Assembly (NCBI RefSeq): GCF_006345805.1
Contig: NC_043021.1
Span: 22,196,001-22,260,000 of the forward strand
Direction: 5' to 3'
DNA: 64,000 bases
Source: Octopus sinensis
Lineage: Eukaryota
Part shown: one piece after another, positions 52,655 through 64,000 of the stretch
Layout of the letters: each line of letters begins with the position of its first letter
How positions within the stretch are numbered: position 1 is the first letter of the stretch
Notes under the pieces: generated by a model
What the model was told of the DNA's origin: nothing
Database searches by the model: none
What the model saw: only the letters and a program-made list of their open reading frames with translations
Translations under genes and position numbers: made by a program

Positions 52655-53034
52655 TATTCATATCGCCCGGTGTCGCTCGGGTTTGTTTCGACCCTTTATA
52701 ATTGGAGTTTTTGAAAAGTAGGAATTTTGCATTATGTGGCTTATTTTTCAATTTCAGTGAACATTTTTCTGGTTGAAATACACCGAAAAATAGCAACACA
52801 GCAGCAAAAAAAATCGTAAAAGAAAAATAGGGATTTTCATAGAAAAAAGTACCTTTTTAATGTAAATACTTTTTGGTCTTAACATGGTCCGATTTGAATG
52901 TGTTCTTCTACGGAATGAAGAGCAAGCCTTCTTCTATGATACTCTCAATTTTGGTCAACTTGCACCGGGGATAGTGTTAGTTGAAGGCTACCAAACCTGC
53001 CACACATAGACAACTTCAATTTTATATATATAGA
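52655..53034 (-). mobile_element. Non-autonomous Helitron with an eroded 3' CTAG
   Basis: Minus strand starts A|TCTATATATATAAAA and ends AAACCCGAGCGACACCGGGCGATA, like the 11776 copy. Confidence 0.7.
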
Positions 53035-54065
53035 TATTATATACGTAAAATTTAATTTTAATCATGTGGTGGTTTATTTATACGCTAGCCTCTGATATAA
53101 TCATTTTGATGATTATATCCACAATTTATACGTATATATATTTGCTTTCCCAAGTTATTATATTTTGCCTCGGTACGATATTCAGTCCGACACATTATGC
53201 AGCATTATCCACGTTCTTGAAATGGTTGATTATATATAATATATACATGGGAAATGCATGTACATATTGGTATCTGTACACAGAAATTCACCGGTATGTA
53301 TACGTATTTCTCACTCATATATTGTCGGTGTACTTCTACCGAAGACTATAAAGTAATTTTTATTACAGAGCACGAACTCTTAAGATATAAAGTTATCACA
53401 TTTTATAAATCTTTTTGCCTATTTCTTTGCACTGACCCTTGAGTGATAAAAGAAGAGAACAAATTTAGAGTGGGTTGAAGACATTTGACATCTATTTCTA
53501 GCGCATTCGCTTTGGCCTCCAGCACCTATATTTATAATAATATTTTAATCATTATATACTTATAAATTAATTTTACAGATATGGTGGTTTTTTGTACGCT
53601 AGCCACTGATATAATTTTAATGATGATATCCTCAACTTATACGTGTATATATATGGTGGTTGTGTATGAGTGTGTGTGTGTGTATAAGTATATATAAGCA
53701 TAAATAGCTATTTATATGTAGGGCTGTATGAGTGTATGTATGACTATGCTAATGTGTAAGTGTCCCAGTATATATGTACTATGTGGTGGGGAGTGTTTGT
53801 ACCGATCGATATTGATGTGTAGATCATTGACAGAAACAACAATTGACGGCCCATAACGGACAAAGACATCCATCCCATTGATGGATAGATACATATATTA
53901 ATTGATAGATCAGTGATGAGATAATGTTGCCGATAGATGATCGTCGATAATCAGATACCAGCACAGAACCTATGACGTTCTATCTAGATCACTTCTGCTA
54001 CCAACAGATCTTTGTTAAGATTATGAAATAAAATGTTATCATTACTACTACTACTGCCGCTGCTG

Positions 54066-54144
<79 letters not shown>

Positions 54145-54240
54145 GTATTAGTATTACTGAGATATTACCATTGAAAACCAATTATTATTATTAGTATTAT
54201 TATTATTATCGTCATTACTACTAGTAGTAGTAGTAGTAAT

Positions 54241-54286
<46 letters not shown>

Positions 54287-54336
54287 GTAATAATAATAAT
54301 AATAATTGGTTTTCAACGGTAATATCTCGCTAATAC

Positions 54337-54681
54337 GTATGAATCTATTACATTTCAATTGACTGAATATCTTTCTGAGGTGTTTGACATTTCCGAAGAC
54401 ACGAATTTCAACAGACCTTTAGAAATTAGCAATTTGTATGCGTATTCCGCGGGTCGCTTTATGAATATGCATACGAGGAGAAGAGAGCTGCAGCTGGCGG
54501 CGGCGTGCGCATATATGATCGTCGGCGCGCGTACAATTATGTTTACGTGCCTTTTGTGACAGAAAGCGCACGTGTGCAAATGAAATGCTATTTTTAACGA
54601 AAACCTAGTCAAACAGTTCTGAGAAGCGCAAAGCAACGCCAAAATAACGTCACATCCAGTTATAAGATTACGCCTAATCAT
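54337..54681 (-). CDS. Candidate first coding exon, hydrophobic N-terminal region; needs +1 A near 54372
   Basis: ATG at 54681 opens a 108-codon frame (…AAASCSSLLLVCIF…SNTSE). A shifted frame continues KIFSQLKCNRFI to a possible donor C|gtatta. Confidence 0.45.
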
Positions 54682-54765
54682 TTTTCTGTAGCTCTCTTTA
54701 TCGTTCCCTCTTTCTCTCTCTGTGTATGCATGAATGGAATGTATGTATATGAGTGTATATATGTG

Positions 54766-54828
<63 letters not shown>

Positions 54829-54892
54829 AAGTAAACAAAGGATAATTCATTCATCCATTTACATATTCTTATATATATATATATATATATAG

Positions 54893-54929
<37 letters not shown>

Positions 54930-55346
54930 CGATTGATAGATACATTGATACAGTTATATATATGTATATATACACATACATATACATACATATACATATA
55001 TATGCATACATATACATATAAATATATCTGTGTATGTGCGTGTGTGTCTGTGTCTGTGTTTGTGTCTGTGCGCGTGTGTTTATATATTCATATACATATT
55101 TGTATTTAACATATTATCAACAAACACACACACACACACACACACACAGATACATATAAATATAAATGTACAATTCGCTCAGATATATGCACATATACCC
55201 ACAAGCGAACACACGCACACGCATACACACACGCGCGCATTTGTGATCAGGCATACCTTCATGTATTCATGCATATAAATTATATCTAACAGCGAGGTTT
55301 TAAGGAGAAATTAATAAAACCATGCTTCAATGTGTCAGCTTCATAC

Positions 55347-55415
<69 letters not shown>

Positions 55416-55435
55416 TTATTATTATTATTATTTAA

Positions 55436-55666
55436 GGCAGCGAGCTGGCAGAAACGTTAGCACGCCGGGCGAAATGCGTAACCGTATTTCTTCTGCCGTT
55501 ACGTTCTGATTTCAAAATCCACCGAGGTCGACTTTGCCTTTCATCCTTTAGGGGTGGATAAATTAAGTACCTGTTACACACTGGGGTCGATATAATCGAC
55601 TTAATCCGTATGTCTGTCCTTGTTTGTTCTCTCTGTGTGTAGCCCCTTGTAGGTAGGAAAGAAATA
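55436..55666 (+). mobile_element. tRNA-derived SINE, family A
   Basis: Matches 229-454; a partial second copy follows at 55669-55750. Confidence 0.85.
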
Positions 55667-56319
55667 GGTATTTCGCCCGTCGCTAGTTTCTGAGTTCAAA
55701 TTCCGCCGAGGTTGATTTTCCTTTCATCTTTTGGGGTCGATAAATTAATGCGGCAGTCCCATGAAAGGGAAGAATGCTACTGCTATTTAGCCCAATAAAA
55801 CACCGTTTCCAGTTGGCCATAACACATATTTTTAACTCTTCAATGTTGTAAGATAAAGAATTGTCAGGAGAAAACATTAGAATTAACGACTGTCAAACTT
55901 AGTGCATAAGAAATTTCGGACATATATGTGTGTGTATATACAACAATAATATTAAGGAATGGCCTTAATAGGCCATTCAACTCACTAAAACGAGCAGCCA
56001 AACTCAAACCGCTAAATAGTAGTAATTCAGAAATCAAAGGAAAATTAAAAACATTTACCCTTATCATCTTTGGACTATGCATAGTTTCGACGTATTTTTG
56101 TCAAACCAGCCTAATTAAATTAAATTTAATTTAATCAAGTCAATTTACCACTGGCCCGTCTCATCGGCAAAGAAGCCAGGAGGAATAAATATTCCACGAG
56201 GCAACAGCATCGAAGCCTTGGGAATATATACTCTAAATTTTCAAATTCTACCGTCATCGCGCCAACTTATCAGCAGCAAATATAAACTGCTGATTTAATT
56301 TCAGAATTAGCCAAAAAAT

Positions 56320-56351
<32 letters not shown>

Positions 56352-56661
56352 CGATGGTCTTCTTTCAGTTTCTGTCTGCCAAATCCACTCACAAGTCTTT
56401 GATCGGCCTGAGGCTATAGTAGAAGACATTTGCTCAAGGTGTCTCACAGTGGGACCTAACCCAGTGCCATGTGGTTGGGAAGCCAGGTTCTTACCACTCC
56501 TGTGCTTATATATATAAACACACACACACACACACACACACATACACACACACACATATATATACATGATAGGCTTGTTTGTGTTTCCGTCAACCATATC
56601 CACTTACAAGGTTTTGCTCAGCCCAGTGGTATAGTAGAATACACTTCTCCAAGGTGCTGTG

Positions 56662-56701
<40 letters not shown>

Positions 56702-57590
56702 GTGCAATATCCATACAGATCTACCTGCCTAATTAGGTATATATGTATGCATGTGTGTATGTATACACATTTGTACATACATTATATACACATATATGCA
56801 TAAAATGTCTCCAAATAATGTACCTACCATAGCAATAGCATCGGAACCTACATTATCACAATCATCAGTATTAACTAAACACGCATTTGATTGGTTGCTT
56901 GCTTGGTTGTACCAAATACGTTATTATTCTATGCAACAAAGAATTAATCAATATTTTGCATCTACAATTAATCGATTGTTTACCAGTAATCTTTGCATTG
57001 TTATTGGCGACATACATTTAAAATCAAATATACAAATAAGAAATTGGTTTTATTTAATCTTTTAATCTAATATAGTTGTATTTATTTATTATTTTATAAA
57101 TATAGTTCATAGAAATTGAATAAATTATTAATATTCTTTTATCGATAAGAATTATTTCAAATTTCTAGCATTAGCAAATCTTTACTCGAAACCATTTCAC
57201 TCTGTTTTATTAACAACCTTTTCACTATCATTTATTTAAATGAGTGTTCCACATATCGCAGGATATTCAAAAGTTTGTCATTTTAGCATGCTGACAGACC
57301 CCCAGTACTACCTTTGCGGACCACCATGGGTTCACGGATCACAGGTTGGGAAGCACTGCTCTAAAACTTAGCTTCATAGTGTAAACACGTGGCCTGGTGC
57401 TTTGGGGTGCAGCATTAACGGACGCAATTCTTTGTTTTGATCCCCGGATCGGGAATTCCATTGTTTTCTTTATCAACCACAACGAGTCAGCTTAAATTCC
57501 TTCAGTTCACTCAGCTGTAAATGACTAATATTGCTACAGACTAGCTTTAAATTCAGAGCGAATGTTGCGATAACGGTCACTTATAGGTAA

Positions 57591-57923
57591 GGCGCATGGC
57601 TCAGTGGTTAGAGCGTCGAGCTTACGATCGTGAGGTTGTGAGTTCGAATCCCGGACCGGGCTGCGTGTTGTGTTCTTGAGCAAGGCACTTTATTTCACGT
57701 TGCTCCAGTTCACTCAACTGTAGAAATGAGTTGCGACGTCACAGGTGCCAAGCTGTATCGACCTTTGTCTTTCCCTTGGATAACACTGGTGGCGTGGAGA
57801 GGGGAAGCTGGTATGCATGGGCGGCTGCTGGTCTTCCATAAACAACCTCGCCCGGACTTGTGTCTAGGAGGGTAACTTTCTAGGTGCAATCCCATGGTCT
57901 GTGTCGTGACCGAAGGGGGTCTC
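57591..57923 (+). mobile_element. tRNA-derived SINE, family C
   Basis: A box TGGCTCAGTGG and B box GTTCGAATCC, then a non-tRNA body GTGTTCTTGAGCAAGGCACTT...CTCCAGTTCACTCA. Confidence 0.85.
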
Positions 57924-58402
57924 CGAATAGGTAAGGTAAAGATCCATGCTATCGGCCCTCTATATCATAAGACTCGGGACAGTATTATCCAAGTGGTGTT
58001 GTTCTTGACGGCATTCATCATATGACATATAACCCTTCAGTCACACGAAAACGAAAATAGTCAAAAGTTGAAACGAATTATATAAGAGGCACAACCATGC
58101 GCTTTTGTAAGCGCATGATTGGTATATACAAGATGTTCAAAAGGTCACTCCGCAGTATGTTACTACAAAATAAATATTTATAAGATGGTATAAGACTACA
58201 AAAGAATATATTAGACTTTACAAGACTGTAAAAGAAATTTTATAAGACGTGTTGAAAGTCTTTCATTTTCAATACATAAGTTGAATCTTCTACGCAGGTT
58301 TTGAAATCCGTTTCCATTTCTTGCCGTGTGTCTTCCCGACATGTAGGGCAAATAAACTTTCTGTATACATCGGTATGCCATCAATACAAAAACTAGGTTT
58401 TT

Positions 58403-58468
<66 letters not shown>

Positions 58469-58646
58469 TATGTTTGACTTTTGCTTTGTCTGTACAAGTT
58501 GGCTCCAAGTCTCACCCAGAGACCTCAAGAGAGGTTGGAAGTTCATGTTGTTATGCCTAGTGTGCCATATATTTGGGGGGGAGTTTTTGGTGTTGTACTA
58601 ATGAATGTCTAAAAAAAAAATTTTTTTAAACCGAAAATTATGTTTG

Positions 58647-58681
<35 letters not shown>

Positions 58682-58711
58682 TAGCAGCAGCAGTAGTAGT
58701 TGTTGTAGTAA

Positions 58712-58744
<33 letters not shown>

Positions 58745-59430
58745 AGGCAACAGCAACAACAGCCTCAATTCTGAAAAAAATTAAAGATGATCTTCCCATT
58801 AGATATTCTCTGCATTTACAATTCATAAAATCATAAATGTCAGAATCGTTTCAAAATTCAGAATAATGGCTGCTAAAAAACGTCATATTTGATTTCGTGA
58901 TAAATTTTTTTTTCTTCTTGTTATTTGAATATGAAGAGAATTACGAGGTGTCAATATGTCCGACTGGTTTAGGTGTTAAGTTTAACAACAGTGAGTGGCA
59001 ATTTGCAATCGTATAGTAACTGACGTACGAAGGCGTTGAATTGAGGAACGAAAATTGTTAAAGTTTCATGTCAACAGCAAACAAACAAAATGCAATGTTT
59101 ACCTCAATTACGGTGCCTATTTCCTCGCTGACTCCTGACGTTCGGAATTCTAATGTTGTAGGGTTTCGGTTCATTACGAAATATCTGAGATCGATAACAT
59201 GAATAAAAAAAATAAAAAACTGGGATAAATTTCATACGTTTCACTCTAAATGTCCATCTCGCCATTATTTATTGTATTCTATCAGTACAAGGAGGCCATA
59301 TGCGTGTATGTATGTGTGTATGTTTGTAGGTATGTTTATATATATATATATATAAATGTAGATATATAGGCATGTATACATATGCCTCTATACATGTATA
59401 ATATTTATGCATACATATATATATGTGTGC

Positions 59431-59860
59431 CTTGCTTACCAACCACCTGGTTCTGGGTTCACTCCCACTGCGTGGCACCTTGGGCAAGTGTCTTGTACTA
59501 TAGCTTCGGGCCGACCAAATCCTTGTAAGTGGATTTGGTTGACGGAAACTGTAAGAAGCCCGTCGTATATATATATATATATATATGCGTGTGTGTGTGT
59601 GTGTATGTATGTATATGTATATATATATATGTATGTATGTATGTGTAAGCATATATTTGTGTGTGTGTGTTTGTCCCCCACCAAGATGCTCGTGTGTTTA
59701 CGTCCCGTAACTTAGTGGTTCGGCAAAAAGTGACCGATAGAATAAGTACTAGGCTTACAAAGAATAGGTCCTGGGGTGGATTTGCTCGACTAAAGGCGTT
59801 GCTCCAGCATGGCTGCATTCAAATGACTGAAACAAACAAAAAAAAAAGAATACAAGAATA
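59431..59860 (+). mobile_element. tRNA-derived SINE, family B
   Basis: Matches the 10545 copy; 5' end truncated. Confidence 0.85.
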
Positions 59861-60249
59861 TGTGTGTGTAAATGAGAGAGAGACACATGTATTAAGTAAG
59901 AGGCGGGGGACAAATTAATGGATACCATAATTAATTATATTTTATTTCGTGTATTTCTATACTCTTTTAATTACAAGGTTTCTCAATTTGGAGCCAGTTC
60001 TTCACACCAGAAAACAGCGAAGAGAAAAACAAAAACAAACCAACTCGATTGTCGTTTGATGACTTCTTATATTTTGTTGGCAAGAAAGTAAATTGTTTTT
60101 TTTTTGTTATTTTTTTACAAATAAAGTTACGATTTTTTTGAAAGATTTTCGTCAATGTTACGACTTTTTCTTTCCTTTTGACACATGATATCCTTTACTT
60201 TCAGCTTACTTTAGCAACAAATTGCACGTAACTTTGTTTACAACTGTTA

Positions 60250-60600
60250 ATTCAGTGTCAATTTTAACACGAAGTGCAAAAAACGAATATTTTCGCCATA
60301 TTTTGCTTTTTTTTGTTTTATTTCAGTAAAGGAAAGTAGGCTGCTGAGGCTCACAAATAGATATGTGGCGTTTATGGTGTTGATTGCTTAAAAGAACGTA
60401 CATGCCAGAAATGGTTTTAAAAATTCCGTTCTGGAGATTTTTCTCTGAAGATGACCAACCTTCTGGTCCACCTACTGGATTTGATGATGACCGAATGAAA
60501 GCCATAATAGAATCATCTGTTTGTCATATAACTGTGCGAGAGATTGCAGAGAGGTTAAATGTATCGCCTACAATTGAAATCACTTAAAATGTCTTGGACA
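60250..60600 (+). pseudogene. Mariner transposase N-terminal HTH fragment
   Basis: YFRHILLF ... ERTCQKWF ... FRSGDF ... DDDRMKAIIES ... TVREIAERLNVS, spread across frameshifts. Confidence 0.8.
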
Positions 60601-60601
60601 G

Positions 60602-60937
60602 TTTAGGGGTTAGGGTTAGGGTTAGGGTTAGGGTTAGGATTAGGGTTAGGGTTAGGCGTTAGGGTTTGGGTTAGGGGTTAGGGTTAGGCTTATGCTTAGG
60701 GTTAGGGTTAGGGTCTAGGGTTAGGGGTTAGGGTTAGCTTTAGGGTTAGGCGTTAGGGTTTGGGTTAGGGGTTAGGCTTAGGCTTATGCTTAGGGTTAGG
60801 GTTAGGGTCTAGGGTTAGGAGTTAGGGTTAGCATTAGGGTTAGGGATTAGGGTTTGGGTTAGGGGTTAGGGTTAGGGTTAGGAGTTAGGGTTAGGGTTAG
60901 GGTAAGGGTTATGGTTAGGGGTTAGGGTTAGGGTTAG
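60602..60937 (+). repeat. Interstitial telomeric (TTAGGG)n array with variant repeats
   Basis: About 335 bp of TTAGGG with TTAGGGG, TTAGGC, TTTGGG and TCTAGGG variants; contains an internal ~80-bp duplication. Confidence 0.95.
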
Positions 60938-60971
60938 AAATAATATATATATATGTATATATATATATATA

Positions 60972-61018
<47 letters not shown>

Positions 61019-62770
61019 CACAGAAATGCAGAAATATAAGCATACTAATAATGAAGGGAAACACAAATTTAAACCGAGTTCCAGACGGTCGTTACAGAAA
61101 GATATTAGGACGCCATGTTGGCATACATATCTGTTGGCCTTGTGCATAAATCAGTAACAATTATTTACTGAAAGCCAACGCAAAGAAATCAAGCTGATAA
61201 GAGGTGAGTGCCTGAAAATGAAAACTTTCAGCTATAAGCTAAAATATAAGTTATTATAATATTTCATTATTATTATTATTATTATCTCCGTAGTTTAACG
61301 CAAAAAGATTAAGAAGATATAAATATAGTTTATAGCAGTTACACGTTTGACTGTGAAGTAAAATGTCGTATACAAGTTAAATTGTACAAAGAAATTAATA
61401 CAAATATGAATATATTAAAATAACATTAAAATATCATGTATAAATGTTAGTAATATGCATGTAAGTTATATGTTGTTCCTTAAAGCAATTTGCTCTATGT
61501 TAAAACAACAATGTTATTTAATTTAACATTGTATATCTTAAAATAATATTTTTGCAAAATTGTCTTGCATTCGTACGAGGAATGACTGTAAATTGAATTG
61601 GAATTATGTGTCGTTACTTAAAGCAATTTACGTATATGTTTGGACAATAACTTCATTTAATTAAATGATTTAAAGAATTATATTATATCCAATTAACAGA
61701 GCATGTGTAACTTTGAATTTAATCAAGAAAATAAATTATTTTCCGGTAACACTGAACTGGAGTAAAATAACAGAAATAAAAGAGGGAAAAGTTTAGTAAT
61801 AATTAAAAGTAAATCTCTATACAAGGTGTGCGAGTTTCTATAATCTCGAACGGTTCTTGGATATGAGAAGATGTAATAAGATCAATTAGGGATGGTATAG
61901 AAACAAGACTACAGGAATATAAATTCACTGAAGCTTAATAAATTGATGGTTTGATAGGAATTTGTAGTTTGGAAGTTTAATAATCAAATAAATATAATAA
62001 TTGGAGAAAATAATTAATTCTAAGTTGAATCGTTTTTGCAAGGTTGGGTTATAATAATTTGTAATAGGTTTGTGTACGAAATACATGTTGTTGTTTAGAT
62101 CAATATAGTATATGATTAGAAAATTGTATTATTTAATCTGAAGTGTAAAGGTGACGCATTGTAGGAAATTAAGTGAAAATATATTACAGTAAATATTTTG
62201 GAATATGATACGGAATATAAATGAAATATATTATTATAATTTAACATTAAAATAAATTAAAATAAAGTAAGAATAATTGAGGAAATATGGTAATAAAAAG
62301 AAATGCATATTTGAATAAGTATGAGTGCAAATGTTGAAACTGGAATAAGAAGTATGGAATAAGTTTAATTAAAGACGTTAAATAATCAAATCGAGTACTG
62401 TAATATAAATTTATTGAAGATTAATATATTGATAGTTCGATATAAATTTGTAAGTTATAAATTCAATAATTACATAAATATTACAAATGGGATATAATAA
62501 TTAACTCTAAGTTTAAACAATGAAATAAGTCCATTAAGAGATGGAACTCTGCTAGAATATCTGCTGTTTATCAGTCATTATTGTCTACATGCTACGGTAC
62601 AGAAAGCATTAAATGTTATTGGAAATATACTGAGGTGGTTTGTGATAATGAAATTCACATTGGAACGTGTCTTATGTCGGTAAATATAAATTGTGCGATA
62701 AAATTTTCGACGACATATCTTAATATACTAGTGTGCATGTGAATGTAATTGTATGTGTTTTTGTGCGTTA

Positions 62771-63000
62771 GGCGGCGAGCTGGCAGAATCTTTAGCACGC
62801 CGGGCGAAATGCGTAGCCGTATTTCGTCTGCCGTTGCGTTCTGAGTTCAAATTCCGCCGAGGTCGACTTTGCCTCTCATCCTTTCGGGGTCGATAAATTA
62901 AGTACCAGTTACGCACTGGGGTCGATGTACTCGACTTAATCCGTTTGTCTGTCCTTGTTTGTTCTCTCTGTGTTTAGCCCCTTTGGGGGTAGTAAAGAAG
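62771..63000 (+). mobile_element. tRNA-derived SINE, family A
   Basis: Matches 229-454. Confidence 0.85.
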
Positions 63001-63594
63001 TACGTGTTTTGTGCGTGCGCGAGTGTGTATTCTTGTGTGTGAGTGTTTGTGTGTGTGTTGTATGTACGTGTGGGTGTATGCTTGTGTGTGTGTGAGTGTG
63101 TGTGGTGTGACTGTTTGTGTGTATGTGCATGTGTGTGTGAGTAGTTAGGAAATTATGACCTATTTAGAGTTGCTGTGCGTTTAAGACGCTAGCTTCCAAA
63201 CCATAAGGTCGTGGGTTCAGTCTCACAGCACAGCAGTCTGGTTGAATGACTTTTCATTTAGCCCCGGGACGGTAATAACATCATTTAACGAAGAGAAATT
63301 CTCTCGAACCTGAAAAATGAAAGGCCACTTCAACCAAAGCGGAGTTGGAGCTCAGAACAAAAAGACAGAAGAAACGCCGCTAAGCATTTTGTCCGGCGTG
63401 ATAAAGATTCTGCCAACTCGAGGCATTTGTTACTCTATAAGAAGTGAAATAGGACCAGGGCGTGTGTATATTATTGGCAAAATTAACTTCTTACGACACA
63501 GCAAAACGCGTTTGAACATACGATTTAGCATCAATAAGCCTGCATGGAATTTTTTGAAGAATGGAGTAATTTTATATTCTTTTATCCTTTTACG

Positions 63595-63935
63595 TTTTTT
63601 AGTCATTTCACTGCGGCCAGGCTGGATCACCGCATGTAGTCGGGCAAATCGACCTCAGAACTTATTCTTTGTAAGCCTAGTAATTATTCTATAAGTCTCT
63701 TTTTGGAACCGCTAAGTTACGGGAGCGTAAACACAAAAGCATCGGTTGTCAAGCGATTGTGGGGGACAAATACAGACCACACACTCACATACAACGGGAT
63801 TCTTTCAGTTTCCGTCTACCATATCCACTCACAAAGCATTGGTCAGCCTGAGGCTATAGTAGAAGATACCAGTTAGAGGGATTAAGCACGGAAACATGGG
63901 GTTGGGAAGCAAGCTTCTTACCACACAGCCACGCT
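63595..63935 (-). mobile_element. tRNA-derived SINE, family B (diverged); another copy begins at ~63945 and runs off the window
   Basis: Reverse complement of the family-B head and tail. Confidence 0.75.
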
Positions 63936-64000
63936 GCTCCTATATACTCTTTACTCTTTTACTTGTTTCAGTCACTTGACTGCGGCCATGCTGGAGCACC

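Noticed and set aside
57591-57665. Possible tRNA gene
   Set aside because: A and B boxes are present, but there is no closing acceptor stem or poly-T terminator. It runs into a SINE body repeated at 25080-25329.
61188-61235. CTGATAA-GAGG...CCT-GAAA motif
   Set aside because: G8 is absent without a compensating change, and no stem III/NUH site is present.
61000-62740. Long AT-rich non-microsatellite stretch after the telomeric array
   Set aside because: No ORF or recognisable motif; it may be a very old transposon but this cannot be supported.

Overview
Repeat-saturated animal genomic DNA. The SINE families and the (TA)n/(CA)n density resemble an octopus/coleoid cephalopod genome; this is inferred, not database-checked. 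There is one 100-N scaffold gap (37378-37477). Most ORFs in the supplied track are translated microsatellites. Supported content: (1) a multi-exon minus-strand gene of ~38.4-54.7 kb whose translation resembles a divergent DC-STAMP-domain membrane protein, with three 1-nt homopolymer frameshifts in the model; (2) decayed CR1-group LINEs, a Penelope-like RT fragment, Tc1/mariner fragments, non-autonomous Helitrons, an LTR plus PBS, and three tRNA-derived SINE families; (3) an ORF1-only L1/Tx1-like element inserted in a SINE head; (4) an interstitial (TTAGGG)n array. The most striking signal is an RNA-level system. A 441-445 bp tandem repeat (16241-19620) carries a complete type-I hammerhead ribozyme (HHR) with a palindromic stem III in every unit, and is arranged as two outward-facing arrays inside (TA)n. 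At least three other unrelated repeat families carry the same minimal HHR architecture, one with a compensatory G3:C8 core swap. Many fold-back insertions also sit in (TA)n. Together these suggest retrozyme/circRNA-like non-autonomous elements mobilised by Penelope-like RTs. Folds, alignments and family calls were made by eye, with no computation.
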